The notes under the pieces were generated by a model. The model saw only the letters and a list, made by a program, of their open reading frames with translations, ran no database searches and had not been told where the DNA came from. A stretch of 64,000 nucleotides of DNA. Origin: Chiloscyllium plagiosum. Lineage: Eukaryota. Location: assembly GCF_004010195.1 (NCBI RefSeq), contig NC_057719.1:15456589-15520588 (forward strand). Reading direction: 5' to 3'. This document shows, one piece after another, positions 49,735 through 62,400 of the stretch; the first letter of the stretch is position 1, and every line of letters starts with the position of its first letter. A program made the position numbers and the translations under genes.

Positions 49735-51555
49735 TGGCCATCTCGTATAAGGAGCAGTTGAGGACTCTGGTCTATACTTGATGGAGTTTAGAAGAATGAG
49801 GGGGATCCGATTGAAACTTGAAGAATACTGAGGGGCCTGAATCAAGGGGATGTGGAAATGATGTTTGCACCCTAAGGGTGCAGCCTCAGAGTGAAGGAAC
49901 AAGCCTTTGAAACTGAGATGAGGAATTTCTTCAGCCAAAGCGTATTTAGTTTGTGGAGCTCACTGCCACAGAAGGCTGTGGAGGCCAAGTCATTGAATTA
50001 AGACAGAGAAATATGGGTTCAGGGAATCAAGGGTTACGGGGAAAAGGCAGGGGATTGGGGTCGAGAAAAATATCAGCCACAATCAAATGACAGAGCAGAC
50101 TCAATGGACTGAATGGTCTAATTCTGCTTTATCTTATCTAAACTACAACTTTTGAGAATATGACGTTTCTACCCTGTGGAAAAGATTCTTCTTGTCCATC
50201 CTGTTCATGTCTGTCATACTTTAATACACTTCAATCAGGTTGCCCCTCAGTCTTCAGTGCTCTGGTGAAAGTAATCAATGTTTGTACAACCTCTCCCTGT
50301 AGCTAATAATACATGGTACGTATAAAAGTATTGAAGTATAAAATTTAAGGTTAAGAGGATAGTTACATACAGACAGCGAATGCTGTGTTTGATCTCGAAT
50401 ATTTGATCCATGCAAATGTATTGAATGATTTTTTTGATGTGATTTATTGTCCTGTGTACCTAAGTACAATAAAAAGCTTTGCGAGCGATACAGGCAGATC
50501 ATAGTAGCAAGGACATGCTGATCATAGGGTGAAAAACAACTTCGACAGAGTAAGGTTACACCACAGAGGACGTGTGCTAGGCAAGATCAACAAGATCAGC
50601 ATTATATGAAATTAGAGAGTCCATTCATCAGTCTGATAACAGCAGGAAAGAAGCTGTTCTTGAACCTCCTGGTGCGTGTTCAAGCTTCTGTATCTTCTGC
50701 CTGACGGAAGAGGTTATAGGAGTGCATTACTGCCTTGGGAAGGATCTTCGAAGACATTGGCAGCCTTTCCATGCCAACTAGAATGTAAATGGAAATTCCA
50801 GACAGATATTCTGTAGGTTGTGCTCTGCAATCTTTAGGCGATAAGAAACTTTTCAAATTTATCCTAAGGTTAAATGGGTACAGTAAGAAGGAAGGATTGG
50901 ATGAAGTGGAAAATGGGAGACCTATGCTGTACATCTCTATGACTCTATAACAGGGCTCATCATGTAAACACTGGCTACATGAATAGGTCAACATCTACTT
51001 TGGCGAGTAATTCATCCCAAAGCCTGTCCATCATCTACAAGGCACAAGTCAAGATGTGTGATGGAATACTCTCCACTTGCCTGGATGTGTGCAGTTCCTA
51101 CAACAATAAAGACACTACTCACCATCCAGGACAAAGCAGCACACTTGATAAGCACCACATCAACAACCATCCAGTCCCACCACCATGCTCAGTAACATTA
51201 GTCTGTACTATCTATGAGATGCACTGCAAAGATTCACCAAAGATCCTCAGACAGACCTTCCAAACCCACAACCACTTTCATCTAGAAGGAAAAGGGCAAC
51301 AGATTTATGGGAACGCCACGACCTGCAAATTCCCCTCCAAGCCACTCTGACTCGGAAATGCATCGCCATTCCTTCACTGTCGCTGAGTCAAGATCCTGGA
51401 ATTCCCTCCCCAAGGGCATTGTGGGTCAACCTACAGCAAATGGACAGCAGCAGTTTAAGGAGGCAGCTCGCCACCACCTTCTCAAGGGCAAGTGGGGATA
51501 GACAATAAAGGCTGACCAGCCTGCAACACCCATGTCCCATGTGTGAATAAAGAAA
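49735..51555. mobile_element. LINE cluster: CR1 tail (+, ~49735-50140), Rex1/Babar-like (-, ~50420-50800), CR1/L2-group 3' end (+, ~50985-51555)
   Basis: ggagtttagaagaatgagggggatc; gaagctgttcttgaacc; SIIYKAQVK and SWNSLPKGIV. Confidence 0.75.
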
Positions 51556-54329
51556 ATAATCTTTTATTATCTCATTGTTTTATCTAAAATCAAGATTGCT
51601 GAGCAACAGCTTCGGGAATGAAAATAGTTGGAGGACTAAAATATAGTGAAATTGTTCCTGACTATTAAAGACTTGAACATTTTTGTAAGTAATGCTGTTC
51701 CAAGTGTGATTGTATGTTTTTTTGTGGGTGTGTTTTGTAAATTTCACTAACTTTTAGCCTTTTTGGAGCTTGTGAAATTCTTCTGTTTAAGGTAGCTCAG
51801 AAGACTGTAAGATGTAGGAGTACTTCACAGGAGTACTGTCCTTCCATTGAAACTAATAGAATAATTGTCCTTCACCCAGTTAAATGTTCTGTGAAATGTA
51901 TATATTTTTGTGATGTGTGAGAAATTTAATAAGTACCTATTTACTTTTCTAGCATTTGTGAATGTTGTCCTGAACTTAATTCCCAATAAAACAATTGTTT
52001 GTTAGGGGGAATGTGCATTTGCATCATTATCACAAATTTTACTTTGGAAATAGCAAATGCAAGAATAATGTGGAACTTTTGCTGCAAATATTCTCATGTG
52101 TAGATAAGGAAGAAAAATGCCTCTCACCTTGAGTATTCAGAAGGACCGGATAATACTATGATTTTAAAATGTCTTGTTCTACTATTTCAGTTTTTTAAAA
52201 ATTAAGTGCAAGTGCAAAAATTAAGTATAGATCAGTCCATTCAACCTGCTGCATTGCACAGAAATTAAGAAACAAAGCAGGGTCAAACAGCTCTTAATTA
52301 CAGACTCAAAACAATTTGTGCCTAAGCACAGGAATGGAATATCTGACTGACTTAAGTCTGTGAGAAATTTGAAAATGAAATGGAGGAAAAAAACATAATA
52401 ATGAGTTAAATTTATTTTGTTTTTATCTGCTGAATGTTTGTTTTTAGGGACAGCCAGTTCAGTAAAATCATAAATGAATAGGAAAAATAAAACTAATGGA
52501 ATTACGTCATGTGTACTCTTGAAGTTCATTTTTTAATCAAGGTTTGTTTATAAAATTAATGACTTGCAGAATAATGATTTTAAAAAGGATTCTTCAAAGA
52601 AACATCTTTCCCTAAATGCATTACTTGATCAATTATTTATACTTTATTGATATGTGTAACTAGAATAGAATTGTTTTGGTAATTCTTAAGATCACAAAAT
52701 CTAATTAGTCATTGGTAAGGGATTAATAGATATTTTAACTCTAAAGGAATTGAGTAATATGGGAGTCGTGTGGGAAAGTGGAGTTGAGGTTGAAGTTCAG
52801 TCATGTCATAGTGAGTTGTGGAGCAGCCTTGAGGAGCTAGATGGTCAGCTCCTGCTTTTGTCTTTTCTGTTCTGAGACTTATTAATTGTCTTGTAGCAAC
52901 TTTGTGTTTGTCGAATTTTAACAGTCTTCATTTACAGCTCATATGCTTGGCATATATTGAGATTCAGAAGTCAAACCATCTCACTGTGATGTTTTCTGCA
53001 GTTTTAAGGTTGCGCAAACTGAAACTGGTACTGGCATAATTATTCTTCTTTGTTCCTATTTACTATGTAGGTTCACTAATTTAAGAGTTGAAAGTACCGC
53101 AATTATTTATAATTATTTATTGAATGTTTTTGAATGATGTTGATAAGTGTATCTTGGTAATTACATTGAAAAGTAATGGCAATGTAAATTGTGAGTGATT
53201 AAAATTCAAGTAATTCATATGTTCATTAGGTCTTTGGAATCTTCAGTCAGAGTTCCTAAATGTGTTTCATGAACTTTGAGATTTAATATCTTTTGCAAAA
53301 TTTGTTTTTAGAATATTGGATGTAACCAAACTGACCTCTACATATTAAAATATTCACCTAGTTCTGTAATAGCATCATATTTCAAAAGGTAGTCACTTCT
53401 GCTTTGGCATTCAGATGTGTATGTGTAAATATTGTAGGACATATGCAATGTTGAATATCAATTACAGTATAAACTTAACTTTGTCAGATTAATTGGTGTT
53501 AATACAACAGGATTAGGTTTGATATTTGTAATGTCTTTGGTACGGGTTTTTGCAAGATGAATATTATATGGGTTGTAATTCATGATCTTTTCACTTAATG
53601 TCAGTTTGTAAAGAACCTCTAGCAGGCTCTGCGCATTGTTGGTAATTAAGACGTACTTAAAAACTCCACGTTTATTGTCACATGCAGAAAGGGACGGCAT
53701 CTCATAACAGGGCACGTTTTCCACAGCAATAAAATTGTGACAGCATTTCAGATCACAGTGTTTCGGTCAACATATCATACTATTTATTTACTTTAAAATG
53801 AAACTCTAGGAAATTTTCTTGGAGTCTGTCTGCCACTTGTTGAATATGACTTTAACAATTAATAAAATGAACAAACCATATTTATTTCTGAGCAGTGAGT
53901 AATCTTTCATTTTAACAGGCATTTCATATTAAAGTAAGACTAATTCCTCTAACTTGAACCCTGGCAGGAAAATAAAAACATTAGCAGTTGATGCACAATG
54001 GCCTAGTGTCCTGTTCTGTCAATGCATCTCTGTAAAACTGCAGGGGTGATGCAATGTTAAATCCAATATAGTTTAAACTTTTTGTTTTAAGTTGTTATTC
54101 CATCAGTACGACTGTACTGTAGAAATTTGTTTTCTTCACCTGTTGGGTAATTTGTACATGGACTTTGCAAACAAAGAGTGCACAAAATAATAACATCAGA
54201 GAGTTGAGAAAGAATCTGCCTTAGCAGTTAACTACATCAGAGATGTGTTTCAAATAATTTTATGGCCAACCAGCCTGTGCTCCTTTAAATGCAACAAGGG
54301 TACTCACCTGTGAGCTCAGCTGTAACACC

Positions 54330-54373
54330 ATATACATGTATGTATATATGTATGCATATATATATATATATAT
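54330..54373. repeat. (TA)n/(TATG)n microsatellite upstream of exon I
   Basis: atatacatgtatgtatatatgtatgcatatatatatatatatat. Confidence 0.85.
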
Positions 54374-54431
54374 TTCCCTCTCATACATTCACGCTATACC
54401 TGACTGCAGAGCCTATGTTTTTGTTGTTCAG

Positions 54432-54565
54432 ACAAGCTGGATGGATTAAGAAGCAGCAATAAACGGAAGCGAGGCTGGCATGACAGCATTGCACATCGAC
54501 TGGAGGATTACCTTCAGCTTCCTGATGACTATAACACTCGTTCTTCGGAACCTGGAAAGAAACGG
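54432..54565 (+). CDS. YLPM1: YLPM1 exon I
   Basis: ttgttcAG / GTAAGA; 134 nt; (D)KLDGLRSSNKRKRGWHDSIAHRLEDYLQLPDDYNTRSSEPGKKR. Confidence 0.95.
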
Positions 54566-55834
54566 GTAAGAAAACATTTCTCATTTTATGTGCATTTGCT
54601 TTGTTTGGTTTTGTTTAACTTGTAAACTAGTTTCCTTTGAACATTATGGATTGGCAAAAGTCAGAATAAATTATTTATCAAATGAGATGTTACAGAGTTT
54701 TGCCAGTATTTGTCTTGAGTAACAAACATGATTCAGTGCAAAACATTTTCTCAAAACAAATGAATGCTGTGAAATTATACAATGAAATAATACAATAATA
54801 CAATACAATAAGTGCCCCCCCATCCTCACCCTCCCAAATCCCATCCTGTCCCGTCAGAACAGAACAAGATTTCTGGAATCTCAAGGTTCCTTGAGGCAGA
54901 AACCCAGCACAGTGAGAATTCAAACCAGTATTTATTCACAGAATACATCATCATTGTACCAGTGTGCTAATGCAATGTGCTGCTGCCATTTAGTACAAAA
55001 AGATGTTGTACTAGTTAATACTGCTTTGGGTTAAAATTATGCATTTTACACTGGCTGGAAACGGTCTCAAGCTGTAGCAAAGTCAGGTGAGAACTGTGTG
55101 AATTAGTTAATGCACATGCAATGAGCAATTAATCAAATCTAAAGAAGGATCCTAACTAGCCCTTATAACAAAAATGGACTTTGTGAACTGTTGAAATTTG
55201 CACCTTCAAATAAGGAAGTGGTTATTTGTTGGCGAAGGAAATCAGACATGTGATCTGCACAAAAGCTAGAATTAGTATGACATTCTCAATTAATTTGGAA
55301 ATTGGGAGGAGAATCAATCTACAATTGTTTTTTTATCAGCAACTGACCAGCAGTTGAAGTGTTAATTAATATAAAATTGAAATTGCCGAATTTAGGGAGT
55401 GAATGCAATAACTAAATTTAAGACTATGAACTTTTCTTTTAAGGTCATTGCTAATGATGTGTGGTCACCAATTAATTATTTTGTCAATGCCAATTCCAGA
55501 GTTCTCTGTATCAGGGATGCATAGAGTTTGTGGAAATTGACAAATGTGGCTAAAATGCTGCTGTTCTGTTGTGTTCATTTGTAATATCACACTGTTAAGC
55601 TGTGGAATATATAGTTTTATTTTTGATCAGGAAGCTCTTTTCTGTAACCCATTTACTTGAACTAAAATAGATTGATCATTAGTCTCCATATTTAAAAATA
55701 AAATATATTATAGGATAAGATTCTGATCCATTAATGCTTCTGCACAGAATTCCTGATTGATTTGAAAAGCAGTATGCTTAAGATCAGCAAGGAGGGAAAA
55801 TGTATATATTTGTACTTACCCCAATCTGCTTTAG

Positions 55835-55981
55835 GTGAGATGGGCAGACTTGGAAGTGGAGAAGGATGCTGAGCGAAAACGAGCCATAGGATTTGTGGTT
55901 GGACAAACAGATTGGGAGAAAATAACAGATGAAAAGGGTGAATTAGCCCAGAGAGCATTGAACCGCACTAAATATTTCTAA
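55835..55981 (+). CDS. YLPM1: YLPM1 last coding exon J (exon probably continues to 56011)
   Basis: ctttAG acceptor; VRWADLEVEKDAERKRAIGFVVGQTDWEKITDEKGELAQRALNRTKYF then TAA at 55979-55981; GAG/GTAAGC donor at 56012. Confidence 0.96.
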   Translation: MRWADLEVEKDAERKRAIGFVVGQTDWEKITDEKGELAQRALNRTKYF

Positions 55982-56309
55982 GAAAAGTAATTGGACTGTT
56001 TTTACAGTGAGGTAAGCAAGAAAACAAAGTTGCAGTTTTTAAACTGTGCTAGAAGGTTTAGTAAAATATTTATTTTCTCCGTTGTTTTTGTTAGATTGAC
56101 TGTATGCCTCATATATCCAAGAGATTGGTTGCAGGCTTCCAGGACAAGCTTTGTTATTTTAGTTCTGAATCAAAACTCAAAAGGCCAGCCATAATTCTTT
56201 TGTGAAAGAAAGCATTTATCACTGCATGCAATTGTTTTTGAAGTTAGAATAGGAAGCAAAACACCAGTTTCAATGTTCTGGATTTATGTGGAAGGTGCTG
56301 GAGGAAGTC

Positions 56310-57070
56310 ATATAACACAAAAACAGACTCTTCGGTCCAACCAGTCCATGCTGACGATAGTCCCAAACTAAATTAGTCCCACCTGCCAGTGCTTGGTCCA
56401 TATTTTTCTAAACATTTCTTAGTTACATACTTATCCTAATATCTTTTAAACATTGTATCTATGTCTGTATCCACCAACTTCTTCTGGAAGTTCATTCCAC
56501 ACACGATCCACTCCCTGTAATAAAACAAAACATTTCCCCTCGTCTTTTTTAAAACTTTCTCTTCTCAACTTAATAATATGAAATCCCCCACCCTAGGGAA
56601 AAGACATCTTATCTATATCCCTCATGATTTTCTAAACCTCTATAAAGTCACACGTCAACCTTCTATGCTGCAGTGAATAAAATCCCAGCCTATCCAGCCT
56701 CTCCTTATAACTCAGATCCTCCATTCCCAGTAACATCATGAAAAATCTCTTCTGAACCCTCTCCAGCTTAATGATATCCTTCCTATAACAGGGTGACCAG
56801 AACTGAACACAGTACTCCAGAAGAAGCCTCACCAATGTCCTGTACAACCTCAACATGACATCCTAACTCCTATACCTCAGAGGTCTGAGCAAGTAAGGCA
56901 AGCATGCTAAACGCCGCCTTAACCACTCTGTCGAACATTAATGCAAACTTCAAAGAATTATGAGCCCCGAGGTGTCTTTGTTCTACAACACCACCCAAGA
57001 CCTACCTTTAATTGTTTAAATCTGGCCCTTGTTTGTTTTACCAAAATGTAATACCTTGCATTTATAGCAT
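56310..57070 (-). mobile_element. CR1 3' fragment inside the 3' UTR intron
   Basis: ORF 56632-56856 MLRLYRTLVRLLLEYCVQFWSPCYRKDIIKLERVQKRF. Confidence 0.9.
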
Positions 57071-58618
57071 TAAATTAAATAGCATCTGCCACATATTTTA
57101 CAGTATCTTAGAAGGGTCACTTTTTCCAAAGTGTCTCAGCATATGGACGTTGTGGGGTTTTAGTTTATACAACTTTTTGACATTGTGTAGTCAGTGAATA
57201 GAAAAAAGTAATTTGTTTGGTGGGTACATAATTTGAGTATTGCTGAAAAAGGACAAAATTTCATGCAACTTTTCATCTGGCAATCACTAAGACAATTTGC
57301 AAGTGTGCAAATTAAGGTGCAAGCTAACATTTCTACTTTGAGAGGAAAGTACTAATAGAGTCAATACCTTGCTTATCATGAACAGCCGAAAGGAAATGCT
57401 GTTTAATATGATCCATCTGTCTGTAGCCAACAAACCCAAATCCCAATATAAGTCCACTTGCTAACCAGTAAGTGCTCCTGTTTCACACAGTATAAATGTT
57501 GTTTTACCCCTTTATTGGTATGTTTATGCATTGCCTTGGTGAGTGTAAGAGCAAAAGCTTCAATGCCACATTATTTTAGAAAACATGTTATTGAATGTGT
57601 AAATTAGCCTAGATAGGAGGAAGAAGCATATGGAAGAAAGGGCTAAAATTTTTTACTACTGAAGAGAATACTGCCCAGGAGCAAAAACACACGATGTAGA
57701 GACTACATGTCAATGTATAGGAGCTTCAGTATCTTTGACTATAATAGTGCTAGCTCCACAAAGGATCTTTCTTCCCAATTCTTTATTTTCCTGTTCTTTA
57801 CCGTTAGCTCTTAATTGTTTTTCAATTATTTAATTCTTTGAATTTTTTTTGAGGATCATGAGACTTTGGGGCTATCTTCCTGTAAAAGTGATGGCAGCAA
57901 AGTTCTTGAATATTTTTAAGGCAGAATTCGATAAGTTATTGTGAAACAGGAGGGTGAAAGGTTTTCAGTAATGGGCAAAAATGTCAATTTGAGGTTGCGA
58001 TCAAATCAACCATGATCTTTGCAAATTGACAAGAGTCAGCTGAAGGAGGCAAATTGCATACTGTATTTGAATTTATTAATGTTTAGGTGGATTCACCATT
58101 AATCTTTGCCCCATAACTGCCTGCATTAATCCTGCCATTCTTTCTCCCTCTCTTTCATTCTCCATTTCCCCAGCAATTTCTAATGTTTCTTTTATGGTAT
58201 TTGTGTGTAATGTTTTCCTCTCCTCTGTGGACACAAATGCCCACAGCCTTGCAGTCAATGAAATTGAAATCATTCCAGAGCCCAGTCTGAATTTGGCAAG
58301 CATCTTGAAATGATCTATTGCGTTAAGTCTTTCCTGTCAAATCATTTTACTTCATCTATCTTTTATAATTCATTTGCCACCTGATTATTTTGCTTAGAGA
58401 AGTTAACATCTCACTGAGTTCCTCTTTAAAATTGATCGAATGTGAGTGAGGATTAAGGGCAACTGTTATTTGCAAATGGTATTTTAAATTCAAGAACTGT
58501 AACTATAGACAGTGGTAAAGTTGGATAGTTAATCTAATCATTAAAATGTAACTTCCTTTTGCTTAATTAACTTTTAAATGTTAATGGAACTAATTTTAAT
58601 TTTTCCATTTCTCTCTAG

Positions 58619-58985
58619 GCTCCACAATAACAGTGGAGAAGGCTGGCAAAAGATCTTTTGTAGAGATTGGACAGCCAAGAAATTTCACAAGTCGTTTTGA
58701 GTTTTTCGTTTTATTTTACTGTTACACTGTACGAGCACTAGACTATTTAGGTGGTTGACTTATTAGCAGCCTGTGAGAATATTTTTTAAAGGGTTAATCG
58801 ATAGTGTTATCTAAAACTAAGTTGAAACCACATTAATTGTAATCGAGTGTGTCCTGAGCCTGCTATCATGGCTTTGCTTCATCAGCTCGTGTTTTTTTTT
58901 ATATACTGTATTGCTGTATTGTTCCTTTTTTTGTCATGCCAACTGTAATTTTAAGGAGCAATAAAGTTAACTTGAAACCATGGAA
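58619..58985 (+). other. YLPM1: Probable non-coding terminal exon (3' UTR) of YLPM1
   Basis: Strong acceptor (aactaat branch-like motif, tttttccatttctctctAG ending 58618) that can pair with the donor at 56012. Repeat-free, U-rich sequence follows, with AATAAA at 58960. Confidence 0.7.
58960..58965 (+). terminator. Candidate polyadenylation signal of YLPM1
   Basis: AATAAA with several upstream TGTA motifs and downstream GT-rich sequence (atgtgtctg, tgtgtgttt). Confidence 0.6.
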
Positions 58986-61924
58986 CAGTTCATGTGTCTG
59001 CACGCAATGGGCGTTCCAACAAATGTGTGTTTATTATGGATTCAATATTTCTGGTTTTTCTTTCAAATATTGTCTCAGCCTTTTGAATTTGGCTATTGCA
59101 TTCTTCTCTCACTAATAAGCTATCCCAATTTAGAAATCACAGTCGAGGAATCTATCCATCCTGTTGGAAATGGGGAAGTATACTTCACTGTCTGGTAAAT
59201 GTGCCAAAAGAATGTACAGTTTCAAACTGTAATACATTTTGGAGTGTGTACATTTCCAGCAACTACTAGACCACAGTTTTTTGCATTCGCACCAATTAAA
59301 TGAAGAGCTTTCTTAGTACAAGACCATTTGAAACAAATATAGCTTCAGTAGACAAAATGATTGTCTCATAAGAAATATTACTACATTGATTTATTTGGTT
59401 CTGTTTTGGCCATTTATAACTTTACTACCTTATTTAATGCCTGCATGAACAGTGAAATAGGCATAACTGAAAATGAAATATTGCAATTCAAATGTCATTT
59501 AAACATTTGCAATATTTTTATCCAAAGAATTACATACCCTGACCTAAAGAGAGAGAAATGATTCTGAAGAAAGTTGGTTTTGAAATTTGTGATGGGAATG
59601 TTTAAGACAACGTTTCATTTTTGAAAGGGGTTGGGTGTAAGATGTAATTATCCATGTAGTTGTATACAGATGTATGGTAATTGTTTAAGTTGTTGAGCCT
59701 TTGTGTTATTGATAACGTATTTGTGAAGATTGCAAAGTTACGACAGCATATTTCTTAATAGTAATTGGGTACGAAGCACATCGCAGTGAAAAATTCCGAA
59801 TTGACATTCAGTGTAAAAGATTAAAAATAGGAAATCTGTGATGAATAATTACAGTTGCTGTCAGTTTCATGCTATACGTGCTAAACTGCATATACCAGTA
59901 AGCAGTCAAGGTAATCATTTGCATTTTTACAGTACTCTTGCCCTTTTGGGCCAAAGGGAGGGCACCCTTGTTAGTCTGTGGTCCCACAATAGCTGAAATG
60001 AATTAGTTTTCAATTCACATTATTTAGTGTCCGTCCTTAAAAATTGGGGCTTCTTTTGAAACTGATTATGAATGAAACTGTTTTATGTCAGTTACATATT
60101 GGTAAGAAGCATGAACAGATAAGAACTTCTAATGAATCATTTTTTTAATGTTCTCATTTGGAATGTTTCGAGACCTCTTTGGAAAATCAACATGTTCTGT
60201 GCGTCATTTGCACTTTAATTCCATGATTCATTGTCCTATTGGCATTTTACTTCATCTTCCTTTATTTTCTAGTGTTTATTTTGCTAGATGTCATACCTGA
60301 CCAAAAGGAAGGGCAGATTTCTGCCATTTCTTCTGATAATGTACTATTCTAGCCACTCAGAAATAATATCGCCAAGTTACCTTCTACTCTGCTGCTGTGA
60401 ATTTCAATCCATTCATATTTCACTGTGAATTTCATACATCCTCTGAGATTTCTTCTCAAATAAGTGCCTAAGAAACACTCTGTGCATTAGACTGCACATT
60501 GGTAAGCATTCTGCACCATCAGTTCAATATTATGTTTAACTTCATATACCATGTTCTCTGCACCACCTGGTTGGATGTCCGTAACTTCTGTTCTGTGCTT
60601 TGGGAAGTACACATTGAAAATATTGAAAATGGAATTAGGAAACCTGAAAGTTGATGATGCATCTAGTTTCCTTTGGGTGCCTTATTACTGAAGTTTAGAC
60701 CTCCACAAAGACCATTAGGATTACTCAGAACATAGTTCTAAGAAGGTGACGTAAAATAGAATTTGGTAAAGGTATACCAACTTTGTTTCATTACTACATA
60801 CAGAGACACCAGTATCATTTTTTTCATAATCAGCTATAACAGCGCTATCTCATGAGTTGCTATTCATGTTTACCATAAATTCTAAACTAAAGTGCGCAAT
60901 AGTACTTTGTATTTTATTTTGTGGCTTTCCCTGCCTTCACTGGAAGGTATGCCGTCTTTCTTTCTGCAGAAAATTGTAATACTCCGTTTTTATAAGCTCA
61001 ACATAACTCATAAAGCACAACAGAAGAGCTAAATTGGAATGGATTTAACCACGATGAACAAATGACAAACTAACAATTATTTGTACCCAAGATAAAAGTG
61101 GAAAAGCAAAACTTTGTCCAGCACATGATTTCAATATTTTTAACATTTTGATAAAGCCAAAGGTATAACTAATAATCCTCCTTTCTGAAGTTCACAACAG
61201 TTACATTAGCTTCTTTGTAGTAATAAATGTAAACCATTTTAAATTCTGCATGAGCTGTCTTTGGACAGAGGTAAATTGCAAGCTTTTCTTGTGATTTTTA
61301 TGGATTACGTTTGTTAAGAGGTAAGAACATTTCAGAAACTATTTATTTAGACTATCTTTCAAAAGAAAAAGCCTTTAGACATTTCTATTTCACTGTATCA
61401 GAAGAAGGCGTATTGGACAACCTGGGTCCACCAAGATAAAGAATTGGATCCTAGTGGTATATCTGTGGCTGACCTGCCATTTCACTTAAACTGTCCAAGG
61501 TCGAAGTGATGGAGTCAGCATCTTTGCAATAAATATACTTCGTATAATGTAGAAAATTGTGTAGTCAGGACAATACAACTACTTTGTGGTCTTGTACCAG
61601 TTCCTTAGAGTAAAGGAATGAAATTTAAAATGAATGAGCCATTTTTGATGCTGACATTTTCAGTGCATGCCTAATTGCTGTATCTCTGTATGCTTGGTAT
61701 ACTTAATTAGATTTAAGATAAAGTGTTCAGTGTAAAAGTATGTTACTCGATTCTGTCTATTTCCACTATTTAACAATTTTGTGTGTATGTGGCTGGTTGC
61801 TGTTCGCTACCAGATTTAAATATATTCTCTTCTGTGTAATTGAAAGAAAAGGACCTGAAAGATCTTGTGGTTAGCCTGTGACATGGGATCTTGCAGGATA
61901 GACAAATATTTCTAAAGATTGAAG

Positions 61925-62200
61925 GAGGAACACTCAGCCCTCTTTCATTGCCTCCTCAGGATGGGGGCATATATGTGAACATCCAGCAAGGGCGAAAGTA
62001 ATTTCCTGTGAATCAAATGGGTTCTTATGACAATCAATAATGTTGTGTGATTGCTGTTAGACTCGCTTTTAATTCAAGGTTTTAAAAAAAAGTCAAACTT
62101 CACTCTCTGTCTTTTGGAATTTGAATTCTTATCCTCCAGACCTTATTCTGGGTGTCTGGATTACTAGCCTAATGACACTAACTACACAACTGCCTCCCCA
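61925..62200 (-). mobile_element. tRNA-SINE fragment, family of 3638-3985
   Basis: Minus strand ggggaggcagttgtgtagttagtgtcattaggctagtaatccaga. Confidence 0.55.
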
Positions 62201-62294
62201 AAATTCTACAATGTAACCAGTCGAGAAGAATGTAAGTGAGTGTGTGGTATTTGTAATTTAATGAGAACATGGTTAAAGTGAGCTGTTGTGTAAC

Positions 62295-62400
62295 AAAACA
62301 AAAAACAAAATTGCTGGGAAAACTCAGCAGGTCTGGCACCATCTGTGGAGAGAGAAAGCAGAGTTAACATTTAGGGTACAATGGCCCTTCTTCAGAACTG
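62295..62400 (-). mobile_element. Penelope-like pseudo-LTR fragment; related older copies at ~25265-25400, ~31283-31445 and ~46000-46130
   Basis: Minus strand ctgaagaagggccattgtaccctaaatgttaactctgctttctctctccacagatg..cagacctgctgagttttcccagc. Confidence 0.65.

Noticed and set aside
59937..59968. Small GC-rich hairpin downstream of the gene
   Set aside because: Short and imperfect; compatible with chance.
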